Assembly (NCBI GenBank): GCA_020427265.1
Contig: JAGQOS010000001.1
Location: 1 to 44,891 of the forward strand
Origin: Planctomycetales bacterium
GTDB lineage: Bacteria > Planctomycetota > Planctomycetia > Pirellulales > JAGQOS01
Direction of reading: 5' to 3'
DNA: 44,891 nucleotides
The notes beneath the pieces were generated by a model. The model did no database searches. It had not been told where the DNA came from and worked only from the letters and a program-made list of their open reading frames with translations. A program made the translations under genes and the position numbers. The first letter of the stretch is position 1. Each line of letters opens with the position of its first letter. This document shows, piece by piece, positions 25,500-34,865 of this stretch.

Positions 25500-26093
25500 T
25501 CAGGCGCTCGCGGACTCGCTCATGCGCTGTTCGAGCCGCTCCCTGACTTTTTCCATCAAACGGCGCACGGTTCTTTCCGAGCGACCCACATCTTCGGCGA
25601 TCTCTTCAATACCGTATCCCTGCAAGCGAAGTTCCACAATACGTCGCTGGACTTCGTCCATACCGGTCGTCAATTGTTCGATTTCCTCATCGACAGCCAG
25701 CTCGGCATCGGGCGAAGGCCCTTTGTCGACGGCTTCGTGGCCAAACGCAAACGAGGTATCCATCCGCTGGCTTTGCTCGCGATTGAACCCCCTTTTGGCC
25801 GCCGTATGATATTCGACTTTCTGCCGCAATTTGTTGATCGTAATCACGACAAGCAATCGCCACAGATCACCAGTCTCCTCAATTTCATACCGCCCCTGTT
25901 GGGCATGAGCGAAAAAACTGCGAAAGGCGGATTGGACAACATCTTCCGCATCGACGCGCCGCTTCATCTTGGCTGACAATCGGTTGCGAGCCACGGCGAT
26001 CAAGCGTTCGACATAGCGCTGAAACATTTCGCCAGCCGCCGCTTCATCACCTTGGCGGAAGAGTTCGACCAGCACCATCGATGGATCGTTCAC
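25500..26093 (-). CDS. ECF-type RNA polymerase sigma-70 factor
   Basis: GTG start at 26093 with GGGAG 9 nt upstream. Region 2-like 'DAEDVVQSAFRSFF'. Region 4 helix-turn-helix 'VELRLQGYGIEEIAEDVGRSERTVRRLMEKVRERL'. Confidence 0.88.
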   Translation of the reverse strand: MNDPSMVLVELFRQGDEAAAGEMFQRYVERLIAVARNRLSAKMKRRVDAEDVVQSAFRSFFAHAQQGRYEIEETGDLWRLLVVITINKLRQKVEYHTAAKRGFNREQSQRMDTSFAFGHEAVDKGPSPDAELAVDEEIEQLTTGMDEVQRRIVELRLQGYGIEEIAEDVGRSERTVRRLMEKVRERLEQRMSESASA

Positions 26094-26469
26094 GAAAGAT
26101 CGCTCCCTGGCCTAATCGCCGAGAATGAGTGGAATCGCACCGCGTGCCTGGCGGGCAAGGCGTCGCAATTTCTTAGTTTACACGCGGAAATTGCAGATTG
26201 CCACTGCCAGTGAGCATAGCGGCCGCGAACCCGACATTACGGGGCCGATGCGGCACTTTTCGTACAGGCCGCAAAGTTTGCCTAACCCGAACGCCGTAGG
26301 ACCAAAACATTCGTTAAGCTTTGACTCTGTTTGCTGATGTTGCTGGAAACTCGTGGCGATCTTCCGTCTTAACTCCGATAACGTGAACAATCGCAGCCGT
26401 CGGCTCTAAGCCGGCCGCGAGGCAGTACACACACTCAATCATGCAACGCCGATTCACGGAGGATTCGGG

Positions 26470-29058
26470 ATGTTTGGCGCAAAGCGACTAAAATTACGGC
26501 AGAAGATCGCAACAGCTTCGGCTGGATTGTTGGTTGCTGCGGGGAGCATGGCGACGATTGATACCGTACTGGCCGCTGGCCCAGAGACGTCGCAATCTCA
26601 ATCGCAAGCCTATGCCGACTACTACGCCGGCTCCGGTGCAACCCAACATCCGCTGACTTCACAAAAGGTTGCCGTCTCCAAATCGGCGACCGACGAAACC
26701 ATCAAGAAGGTGGCGGCGGAAAAGGCGGTTCAATCCAAGCCGGCGCTGAAACAGCCGACCTCCGAAGAGTACGCGGCCTACTTCGCCTCTACGGCGCCCA
26801 TGCCCATCTACCGAACGCAGGTCGACGGCCAGGAACAGGACGGCGTTTCGATGCAGTTCCAGCACGGTCAGCTGGTTTCGATGATGCAGCCGGAACCCAT
26901 TCAATCGCAACAACCGATCGCACCGGCAACGGCTTCCGTAACGCCCACGTCGTTCAGCCCGTTTGGCGACCTGAGCTTGAGCCTCGACGCCGTCGCCGCG
27001 GGTCATAGCGAGTCGGTTGCTTCGGGTACGCCCGGCGACGTGGTCGTTGGTGGCGAGCAGGCCGTGGTTCGCGCCTCGAACGACGTCGGAACGATTCTCG
27101 CCGATTCGAACCAGGCGATCAACGTCTCGCTGTTTCGACGTCCTAACGTGACACACCCGCACATTCGCGGCTACAACCCGCGACAGATTTACACTCAGAT
27201 GAACGGCGGCAATTGGATCGCGGCCCGTCCCGACCTCGACTCGATCGTCAGCAAGATCGATGCCGGCATCATCGAAGACGTGGTAATCGTCAAGGGTCCT
27301 TATTCGGCGCTGTACGGGCCCGGATTGGCCTTTATCGACATCGTGACCGCTCCCACGCTTCGCTCCGGCTGTTGCGGCGGAGCCGTGTCGGAATTCCGCA
27401 CTGTCATGAATTTCGAAACCAACGGCGGCGGCGCCTATGGGCGTCAGGTCGCGGAGGTTGGCGGCGGCAATTGGGGAGCGAGAGCGAACTTCGGGTTCCG
27501 CGGCGGTGTCGACTACAAATCGGGGAACGAAGGGGGCGGCGCCTCGGTCATCGACGCCAATTACGAGTCGCGCGACATTGAATTCACGCTCGGCTACGAC
27601 ATCGGGTCGGACCAGGAACTCGAATTCCAATACGTTCGCCAGGACACGACCGACGCGATCTTCCACAATCAGCCGCTTGGTATCGACGCCTTGGTCACCA
27701 ACGGATTCAGCCTGCGATACGAGGACTATTGTCCGCTCTATTTCGACCACACGAAAATCGAAGCCTGGTACAACGACACACGAATCGACCAAGATACGAG
27801 CATACGCTTTTTGAACCCGGGCAACATTCCGCTCGTTGTCGATACGGTTGCCGACACGAATCAATCGATCGTCGGGGCCCGTTATGCTGGAACGCTTGGC
27901 GACATCGAATGCGGTTGCGGCGAATTGACGGTCGGAGCGGACATTCGCTACACTCGGCATTCGATCCAGGAGACGAACAACATCTTTATCAACGGCGTGC
28001 AAACACAATTCGACACGCCGCTGGATCTGCCGAGCGGCACAGATTCGATCAATCCCGGCTTTTTTGTCCAGTATGAAGGGCGGGCCAACTGCTGCGTGAC
28101 CTACAAGTTGGGCGGCCGCCTCGATTACATCGAAAGCGAAGTCGGCAATTACCGCCGGATGCCCAATGCCATTCTGCTAGACCCCACGGATCGCAACTTC
28201 ACACTCTGGTCGGCGTTCCTGACCACGAAATACGAGATTGACGATGTTTGGAGCATGACCGCCGGCGTTGGCCACGGCGAGAGGGCGCCGTCGTTGGTGG
28301 AACTCTATACCGACGCTCCGTACATCTCCGGCTTCCAGACGGGTCTCTCGCGGCAATGGGGCAACTCGAATCTTCGCGAAGAGCAAGCGACGCAGTTCGA
28401 CCTCGGCTTGCACGGCGAATACTGCAACGCCGCTTTCGGCGGCAACGCCTATTACTCTTGGGTGCAGGATTACATCGCCCCAACGTTCGTCGATGGCAAC
28501 GAGACCGCGTTCGGCTTCGACCACGGCTACAGCTTCACGAATTCAGATTCGTCGCTTTGGGGTATTGAGGTCAATGGCGTGTATGATCTTACCGACTCGG
28601 TGAGCGTCTTCGGCAATCTGGCCTACAACGAAGGCCGGGACCAAGACCTGTTCAATGATCACGTCTACGGGATTTACCCGCTGCAGTCTCGTGTCGGCGT
28701 GCGATACGAACGAGGGAATCAATGCCGCGGGTTCGGTATGGAGCTCTCGGCCCGCATGGTCGCTGACCAGGAGTTGCTGGCCGACGGCGACCGCTTCATC
28801 AATGGGGCTGGGTATGTCGATGCAATGGGCGGTCCGGAACAGCGCACTCCCGGCTTTACGACTTTCGACTTGCGGACCTTCTATCGCTACAGTCAGAATG
28901 CATTGTTTAGCTTCGGTGTGATGAACTTCGGCGACGCCCAATACTTCGAGCATTTCGACTATCGCCAAAACCCGGTGATCTCGCGGGGCGGCAAGGGCTT
29001 TGTCCCTTCGTACCAGCCTGGAATTAACTTCTACTTCGGCACGGAACTCACGTTCTAG
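26470..29058 (+). CDS. TonB-dependent outer-membrane receptor with ~190-aa low-complexity N-terminal extension
   Basis: RBS GGAGG lies 7 nt upstream, followed by a signal peptide. Plug-domain pattern 'IRGYNPRQIYTQMNGG...IEDVVIVKGPYSALYGPG'. A long beta-barrel ends in '...NFYFGTELTF'. Two hairpins follow, and the second is a canonical terminator. Confidence 0.88.
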   Translation: MFGAKRLKLRQKIATASAGLLVAAGSMATIDTVLAAGPETSQSQSQAYADYYAGSGATQHPLTSQKVAVSKSATDETIKKVAAEKAVQSKPALKQPTSEEYAAYFASTAPMPIYRTQVDGQEQDGVSMQFQHGQLVSMMQPEPIQSQQPIAPATASVTPTSFSPFGDLSLSLDAVAAGHSESVASGTPGDVVVGGEQAVVRASNDVGTILADSNQAINVSLFRRPNVTHPHIRGYNPRQIYTQMNGGNWIAARPDLDSIVSKIDAGIIEDVVIVKGPYSALYGPGLAFIDIVTAPTLRSGCCGGAVSEFRTVMNFETNGGGAYGRQVAEVGGGNWGARANFGFRGGVDYKSGNEGGGASVIDANYESRDIEFTLGYDIGSDQELEFQYVRQDTTDAIFHNQPLGIDALVTNGFSLRYEDYCPLYFDHTKIEAWYNDTRIDQDTSIRFLNPGNIPLVVDTVADTNQSIVGARYAGTLGDIECGCGELTVGADIRYTRHSIQETNNIFINGVQTQFDTPLDLPSGTDSINPGFFVQYEGRANCCVTYKLGGRLDYIESEVGNYRRMPNAILLDPTDRNFTLWSAFLTTKYEIDDVWSMTAGVGHGERAPSLVELYTDAPYISGFQTGLSRQWGNSNLREEQATQFDLGLHGEYCNAAFGGNAYYSWVQDYIAPTFVDGNETAFGFDHGYSFTNSDSSLWGIEVNGVYDLTDSVSVFGNLAYNEGRDQDLFNDHVYGIYPLQSRVGVRYERGNQCRGFGMELSARMVADQELLADGDRFINGAGYVDAMGGPEQRTPGFTTFDLRTFYRYSQNALFSFGVMNFGDAQYFEHFDYRQNPVISRGGKGFVPSYQPGINFYFGTELTF

Positions 29059-29110
29059 TCGAGAGATGGGGCGAATCGCCCCGTTACATGAATTTTTCAT
29101 GATCGAGCGA

Positions 29111-29144
29111 AGTGCCCTGCCGGTTGGCAGGGCACTTCTTTTTT
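29111..29144 (+). terminator. Rho-independent terminator of the TonB-dependent receptor gene
   Basis: AGTGCCCTGCC-ggtt-GGCAGGGCACT forms an 11-bp perfect stem followed by TCTTTTTT. Confidence 0.92.
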
Positions 29145-29326
29145 GCGCCGGCAAATTCGTCAAAAAACCTTCCACCTAATCGTTGATTTTTCGTAAAATA
29201 GGGTCTCAAAGGCGTATAAATTGCTAAGCGGCCTTCACATAGTGAGTTACCGAAAGGAAATTTGGTGCGATTTAGCCGTCCGGTTCGGGAAGGAAATCCT
29301 GATCTAAACTGGACGGAGGGATTTCC

Positions 29327-32300
29327 ATGTTTCGAATCAAAATTTATCTAACCGTCGTCCTGTTGACCCTGACGGCCTCAACGGCCCAGGCCGAAGGACG
29401 ACGCATTGCTGTGCTTGTCGGCATCAATACCTACGACGATGCTTCGTCGATTCCGCAGTTGCGGTACTGTGTCTCCGATGCCGAGATCATGTACAAGCAG
29501 CTAACCACGAACTGCGGTTATGCCAAAGAAGACGTGCTGCTGATGCACGACGAATACGATCGGGCTAAGCGGCACTTGTGGCCGGAGCTCGATCATCTCC
29601 AGCGCCAAGTTCCGTTGTGGCTCGAACGCGCTGGTGAAGAAGACACCGTGCTATTTTTCTTCTCAGGACACGGTTTCTTGAGCGACGGTGAAGGCATTCT
29701 GGCGCCGCTCGATTGTAAGGCCAACGATCTCAAGAGTACCGGACTAAGAACAGAGGAGCTGAAGAAGTGGCTCTTAGCGTGCAAAGCGAAACGCAAATTC
29801 CTGATTCTCGATTGCTGCCATTCCGGTGTCGCACGCAAGGGACGTAATAGCTCAACACCGCTGGGGCAAGAGCTGGGCGGCGAGCGGCTCGATGCGGCCG
29901 AGGTCAAAATTCCAGAGAACAAGCGAATCGCGTTCGAGCGTTCCGAAGGTCTGGTTACGCTCGCCAGTTGCACGCGCGAAGAGCAGTCGCTCGAGTGGGA
30001 AGAAGAAGAACACGGCCTGTTCACCTACTTTCTGGCCCGCGGTTTAAGCGGTTCGGCCGACTTGGATAAAGACGGCATCATCAATCACCTGGAACTTTTC
30101 CAGTTCACCGTGGCCAAGGTCACGAGCACGGCCCAGGTGGAGTTCAATGCCCAGCAAACACCCGTGCTGTTCCACGATCGCGACGCTCGCGGATTGTTCG
30201 AATTAGCAAAGGTCGCGCGCAGCGTAACACCGGAAGAGATCTACATTTCGATCCCTGAACAAGCCGGCAAATCGGACCTGCCCGCCGCGCCCGGCGAACT
30301 GGCCCGCGCAGCATATGGCCGACTGTCGGGTGGCAAAGGAACCGACGCCGACCGCATGGCCGACGCCCAGGTACTAATCGAAGAGGCGGCCCGACTGCGC
30401 GAAGCGGCCGGCGATCTGACCAAATCGGGTTCGACGGCCGCGCGGATTCGCGCGACGAATCCATTCCTTAATCCGTACTTCAATGATGAACGGGCGACGA
30501 CTGTGGCCAAATGGCTCGCCGCCGCGACCAAGGAATACGAGCGCAAGCCCGGCGCAGCACAGCCAGTCGAATTGACGGCATCGCTGGCGATCGCCTGCTG
30601 GCGCCAGCCGGAACGCGACGCGGAACTGGCCGGCCGGTTGATCGACTCACTGGCCGAATATTACCCGTTCGACAAGCATCCGGCACTCAAAAACGCTCAG
30701 GCGCAGCTGTTGATGATTCACGCGGAAACGCGGCCACAAACCGAACAAGGTCGGCGGGCAGCGTTGGCCAGTTACGCTCTGGCGCTCGACCTGATCGACG
30801 TACACGAGTCGCTCGCCAAAAAGGATTTGCGGCCGAGTTTCGTCAACAGCCAGGTGATTGCTCCGGCGATGTCGATCGCCGAATCGCTCAACACCCAGGA
30901 ACCGGCTCTGGCCGGGCAAATCGCTAAGGTTTACGGCTCCTACGGCAATTTGATCGACAAGAACAACTTCTTCGACAAGATCGAAGACGCCCACCAGGCG
31001 CTCCACAAAGCGATTGAACTCGACCCCAACAAGGCCAGCTACCAGTTAGGACTGGGCAGCGTGCTTTTGCAGTTAGACCAGCCTGATTACGCCCGCGTTC
31101 GCCAAGCCGTGAGCCGCACGCTGTCGCTGGCCGGCAGCAATCGGGTCGACGCTGCCGTCGCTTACCGCCTGGGGGGCGACGCGTGGTTCCGCGAATCGCG
31201 TGCTGCGACGAACGTCCAACTGCACAAGCGGATGGAAATGGTCGCCAGCGCCGTCAAATCATACGACCAGGCAATTGCGACATTCTCCCAGGTGCCGGTC
31301 GATCAGCTCAATGCCCGTGGCCGCCGCCACTATGGCGACACATTCCTGAGCCGCAGCGCGGCGCATCTGGAGTTGGCGAATCTCACGCCGCAGATTACCA
31401 GCGCGCAGCGCAAAGCGTTTCTCGACCAATCGCGCGAAGATGCCCGTCGGGCGGGCGATGTCGACAAGAGCCGAGGCTACCAAGCCTACATCGCGATTGG
31501 CAATGCCATGGAGGATTTGGCCTGGTTGCAGGGACAGAAAGAATACTACGCCGAAGCACTCGAAGCCTTTACAAAGGCCGGCAAGCTTCGCTTCGACAGT
31601 CCCATGTGCTGGCTTTGCCGCGGACGCTGTCAATACAAGCGCGTCGTCGATGGCAAGCAGGGCAACTTCCTTCCGGAAGCCCTTAGCGATCTCGAGTACA
31701 GCCTGCGTTTGGAACCGTTACCCGAAGCGCACTACTGGATTGGCATGGTCCATTGGCAGAACGAAGAGTACGCCGAGGCCGACGAGCATCTCACGCAGGC
31801 CGTCGACATGAGTGACCAGTCGGAAGAGATCACACGGCACGATCGCCAGGAGTTCGTGAATAAGTGGGCCGAACTGGCACTGGTCCACGGCGAAAAGCTC
31901 GCGGCGCAGCCTCCCGCACAGCAGGACGGTAAGGCTTCGCGACAATTGGCCATAGCCCGTTTCCGGGCTGGTCGCCTGCGCGAATACGATGCGCTGCGAG
32001 CCACACTGCTGATTGCCCGCTCGTTCGAGGCGGAAGCAAAGATGCTGCTCGAGGGCGGCGCCGCCGGGTCGGTTGTCAAAGGAGGCGAGAACGCCAGCGC
32101 AATCGAGAAACTGAAGGCCGCGCTCGGCGAATATACACGGCAACTCGAATCGCCCGATGTCGCGCTGCCACGGTCGACGCAAGTGGCCTTCCTGTGCCGC
32201 CGGGCCGAATTGCTGCTCACGTCGCCACTGTGGGAGGAAGACGTGCAGCGCGAAGAGCCCGTCGCCCTGGCCAGCGCCGACGAAGCGGTGCGCCTGGCGA

Positions 32301-32650
32301 TCGATCCACCCGACAAGGCCCAAGCGTTGGCCTGGGCGGGAACCGCGCGATTGAAGATCGCCATTGCCGGCAAAACACCGGATTCCACGGAAACGCTGCT
32401 GCGTGAAGCCGAGTCGATGCTCGACGAGGCGTTGCAAACCTACGATCAACACGCGCTAAGTTGGCAATGGAGCGACGCACTGGGGCAGCTGATCCTGCGC
32501 CGCGTTCGCATCGAGCGAGATCGGCCTGATGCCCAGAAGCTGATCGTGAAGGGGTGCGAGCACTTCAAGTTCGCGTTCGAGAACGGTCCTGAACACGCTC
32601 GGCCCGCTATCAAGGCGAAGTGGAAGACGCTCTACGAAATGCGGAAGTAG
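29327..32650 (+). CDS. Exported caspase-family (peptidase C14) protein with ~800-aa TPR/helical-repeat C-terminal region
   Basis: RBS GGAGGG is present. Signal peptide 'MFRIKIYLTVVLLTLTASTAQAEG'. Caspase p20 pattern 'RRIAVLVGINTYDD', catalytic His in 'FFFSGHGF' and catalytic Cys in 'LILDCCHSG'. Downstream TPR-like repeats include 'HYWIGMVHWQNEEYAEADEHLTQAVDM'. Confidence 0.88.
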   Translation: MFRIKIYLTVVLLTLTASTAQAEGRRIAVLVGINTYDDASSIPQLRYCVSDAEIMYKQLTTNCGYAKEDVLLMHDEYDRAKRHLWPELDHLQRQVPLWLERAGEEDTVLFFFSGHGFLSDGEGILAPLDCKANDLKSTGLRTEELKKWLLACKAKRKFLILDCCHSGVARKGRNSSTPLGQELGGERLDAAEVKIPENKRIAFERSEGLVTLASCTREEQSLEWEEEEHGLFTYFLARGLSGSADLDKDGIINHLELFQFTVAKVTSTAQVEFNAQQTPVLFHDRDARGLFELAKVARSVTPEEIYISIPEQAGKSDLPAAPGELARAAYGRLSGGKGTDADRMADAQVLIEEAARLREAAGDLTKSGSTAARIRATNPFLNPYFNDERATTVAKWLAAATKEYERKPGAAQPVELTASLAIACWRQPERDAELAGRLIDSLAEYYPFDKHPALKNAQAQLLMIHAETRPQTEQGRRAALASYALALDLIDVHESLAKKDLRPSFVNSQVIAPAMSIAESLNTQEPALAGQIAKVYGSYGNLIDKNNFFDKIEDAHQALHKAIELDPNKASYQLGLGSVLLQLDQPDYARVRQAVSRTLSLAGSNRVDAAVAYRLGGDAWFRESRAATNVQLHKRMEMVASAVKSYDQAIATFSQVPVDQLNARGRRHYGDTFLSRSAAHLELANLTPQITSAQRKAFLDQSREDARRAGDVDKSRGYQAYIAIGNAMEDLAWLQGQKEYYAEALEAFTKAGKLRFDSPMCWLCRGRCQYKRVVDGKQGNFLPEALSDLEYSLRLEPLPEAHYWIGMVHWQNEEYAEADEHLTQAVDMSDQSEEITRHDRQEFVNKWAELALVHGEKLAAQPPAQQDGKASRQLAIARFRAGRLREYDALRATLLIARSFEAEAKMLLEGGAAGSVVKGGENASAIEKLKAALGEYTRQLESPDVALPRSTQVAFLCRRAELLLTSPLWEEDVQREEPVALASADEAVRLAIDPPDKAQALAWAGTARLKIAIAGKTPDSTETLLREAESMLDEALQTYDQHALSWQWSDALGQLILRRVRIERDRPDAQKLIVKGCEHFKFAFENGPEHARPAIKAKWKTLYEMRK

Positions 32651-33040
32651 AGCGTGCGGGCGCTATTTTCGTAGCACAATTTTTCTAATTCCTTGCTGCG
32701 CCGCCTTGCTTTCACTGCAGCGATCGACGTTTCATCCGGAAAAATCGGCGGAATCGGCGTTCGATCAAACCGGCTCGAATGGGGACAATAAAACCCCACA
32801 GCAGACTCGATGGCTGCAGGATGAACGACTGTTGAGCGTAACACCGCGGTAAATTTTCAGAAACTTTGTCCGGTTTTCACGCTGAATTCGGATTTCGTAC
32901 TAGACCCGGTTGCAACGGAACCGGATTGTCGCAATCAACAAGAAATCCTTGGACGTGACCGAGCAGCGTGCTACGATTGCCATGATTCTATCTGCAATTG
33001 TCAGCCGAACTTGCGCCTAGATAACCAGGAGTCGAGAACG

Positions 33041-34810
33041 ATGCGTTTGGGGAAATTACTTTCTGTATTGGCCGCCTTTGTCCTGTTCGTTGCCCCGTCG
33101 CTCGCGCGGGCGCAGGACTACGACAACGACTTGGCGCTGCGCGCCTTCGAGGTGATTAAGAAACATTGTTACAACTGCCACGGCGCGAATCTCGAGGTAC
33201 CAGGCCTGAATGTCCTCGATCGCGAGAGCCTGACCAAAAAGATTCCCAACGAATTGTCTTATCTCGTTCCCAACGACCTGGACAACTCGCGGTTGTGGCT
33301 TCGTATGGGCGTAGACGGCGACATGCCTCCCAAAAAAGTGAAGGACCGGCCCACGGCGGAAGAGATCGAAACGGTCAAAGCGTGGATTCTCGATGGTGGC
33401 CGATTTCCCCAGGATTCGTCGCGCGAGTACCTTACCGTCGAAGACACGCTGGAGCGCATTTCGCGCCATTTGCGCAAGACCCCGCGCGAAGCCCGCAAAC
33501 ACCAGCGCTATTTCACGCTCACGAACATCCATAACAACCCGGCCTACAACAAGAACGACTTGCGTTTGTATCGCGCGGCATTCGTGAAGCTCGTCAATAG
33601 CCTGAGCCGCAACGCACGCATCGTGCAGCCGACGCTGATCGACGCCGTCGAGGGCGATCCCGACAGCGGCACGATCTTCAATCTCGACCTGACAGAAGTC
33701 GGCTGGGAACTCGATACGTGGCGCGAGGTTATCAAGGAATATCCGTACGGCTTGCGTTGGAACGATGCTTCGCGCCAGGATCTCTCCGACGAAATCATCG
33801 AGTTGCAAGATGAGCTGTTGGGCGATGGTATTCCCAGCATCCGCGTCGACTGGTTCGTCGCCAACGCGTCGCGACCGCCAGCGTATCATCAATTGTTGGG
33901 ACTGCCCGAAACGCTGGGTGAGTTGGAAACCAAGCTCGGCGTCGACTTGAAGCGCGACTTCAAGCTCGATCGGCTGCAGCGAGCCGCCTTTGCCGGTTCG
34001 GCCGTTTCGAAAAACAATCGCCTGATCGACCGGCACGAAGGACAAATCGCCCGTTACTTCTACCTGAGCTACGACTTCGGCAAGAGCTTTGGCCGCGGCG
34101 TACTGTTCCGTTTTCCACTGGGGCCGAAATTTGAAGGCAACAGCTTCAGCGAGCAGGCGTTCGAGCACGATGGCAATGAAATCATCTGGAGCCTGCCCAA
34201 CGGCATGCAGGCTTACATGATTACGAATAGCGAAGGCAAGCGTATTGATGCGGCGCCGATCGAAATCGTGCGCGACTTGAGCGAGATTTCCGGCACGCCG
34301 CAAGTGGTTAACGGCATTTCGTGCCTGGGATGCCACAAACACGGCACGCAGCCCTACCAAGATGCGATGGGTGTCGGCTACGGCACGACCGGCGACGCTC
34401 GCCAGAAAATCGCCCGCTTGTACGCCAAACCCAGTGAAATGTCGAAGCTTGTCGAATCCGACAAGCAGGAGTTCCTTCGCACGCTCCAACGTGTGGCGGG
34501 CCCTTACCTGCAGATCGGTGACGATGCCGACAAGAAACTAGGCGACTTCCCCGAAATGATCAGCACGGTCGCTCGCTGGTACGACAAAGACGTCGGGCCG
34601 AACGAAGTGGCCCTGGAGCTCGGATTCCGCTCGGCCGACAGCCTGGCGATTCGCGGCAACCTGAAGCTGCAGGAATTGGGAATGGGCCCGTTGGCCGATG
34701 GCCACGCGATTCCGCGGCGGATGTGGCATTCGCGTGACGAACCGCCGCAATCGGTCTTCCAACGGGCCGCCGCCGCGCTGGGCGAAGCCAGCGGCATCAA
34801 CCCGGAATAA
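33041..34810 (+). CDS. Exported protein with an N-terminal PSCyt1-like (planctomycete cytochrome c) domain and a second CXXCH site
   Basis: ATG at 33041 with AGGAG 9 nt upstream; the listed start at 33011 is a TTG. Signal peptide 'MRLGKLLSVLAAFVLFVAPSLARAQ'. The stretch 'HCYNCHGANLEVPGLNVLD...DGDMPP...EIETVKAWILDGG' is PSCyt1-like. The second haem motif is 'ISCLGCHKHG'. Confidence 0.8.
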   Translation: MRLGKLLSVLAAFVLFVAPSLARAQDYDNDLALRAFEVIKKHCYNCHGANLEVPGLNVLDRESLTKKIPNELSYLVPNDLDNSRLWLRMGVDGDMPPKKVKDRPTAEEIETVKAWILDGGRFPQDSSREYLTVEDTLERISRHLRKTPREARKHQRYFTLTNIHNNPAYNKNDLRLYRAAFVKLVNSLSRNARIVQPTLIDAVEGDPDSGTIFNLDLTEVGWELDTWREVIKEYPYGLRWNDASRQDLSDEIIELQDELLGDGIPSIRVDWFVANASRPPAYHQLLGLPETLGELETKLGVDLKRDFKLDRLQRAAFAGSAVSKNNRLIDRHEGQIARYFYLSYDFGKSFGRGVLFRFPLGPKFEGNSFSEQAFEHDGNEIIWSLPNGMQAYMITNSEGKRIDAAPIEIVRDLSEISGTPQVVNGISCLGCHKHGTQPYQDAMGVGYGTTGDARQKIARLYAKPSEMSKLVESDKQEFLRTLQRVAGPYLQIGDDADKKLGDFPEMISTVARWYDKDVGPNEVALELGFRSADSLAIRGNLKLQELGMGPLADGHAIPRRMWHSRDEPPQSVFQRAAAALGEASGINPE

Positions 34811-34865
34811 CGAACCACAACTACCGTTTCTCACTATTTCCCTTGAAATCACGATAGGTGCGACC

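Noticed and set aside
26659-28008. 449-aa minus-strand ORF
   Set aside because: It is a shadow of the TonB-dependent receptor gene, whose plug and C-terminal Phe motifs fix the coding strand.
29068-29082. Hairpin GGGGCG-aat-CGCCCC directly after the TonB-dependent receptor stop, considered as a terminator
   Set aside because: Its stem is only 6 bp and no U-tract is adjacent. The canonical terminator is the second hairpin at 29111-29144.
33056-34489. 477-aa minus-strand ORF
   Set aside because: It is a shadow of the PSCyt1-like gene at 33041-34810. It has no motifs and an Arg/Ala/Val-rich composition.
34698-34865. Upstream extension of the 453-aa ORF
   Set aside because: It overlaps the 3' end of the preceding gene. 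The signal peptide begins at the Met at 34866.
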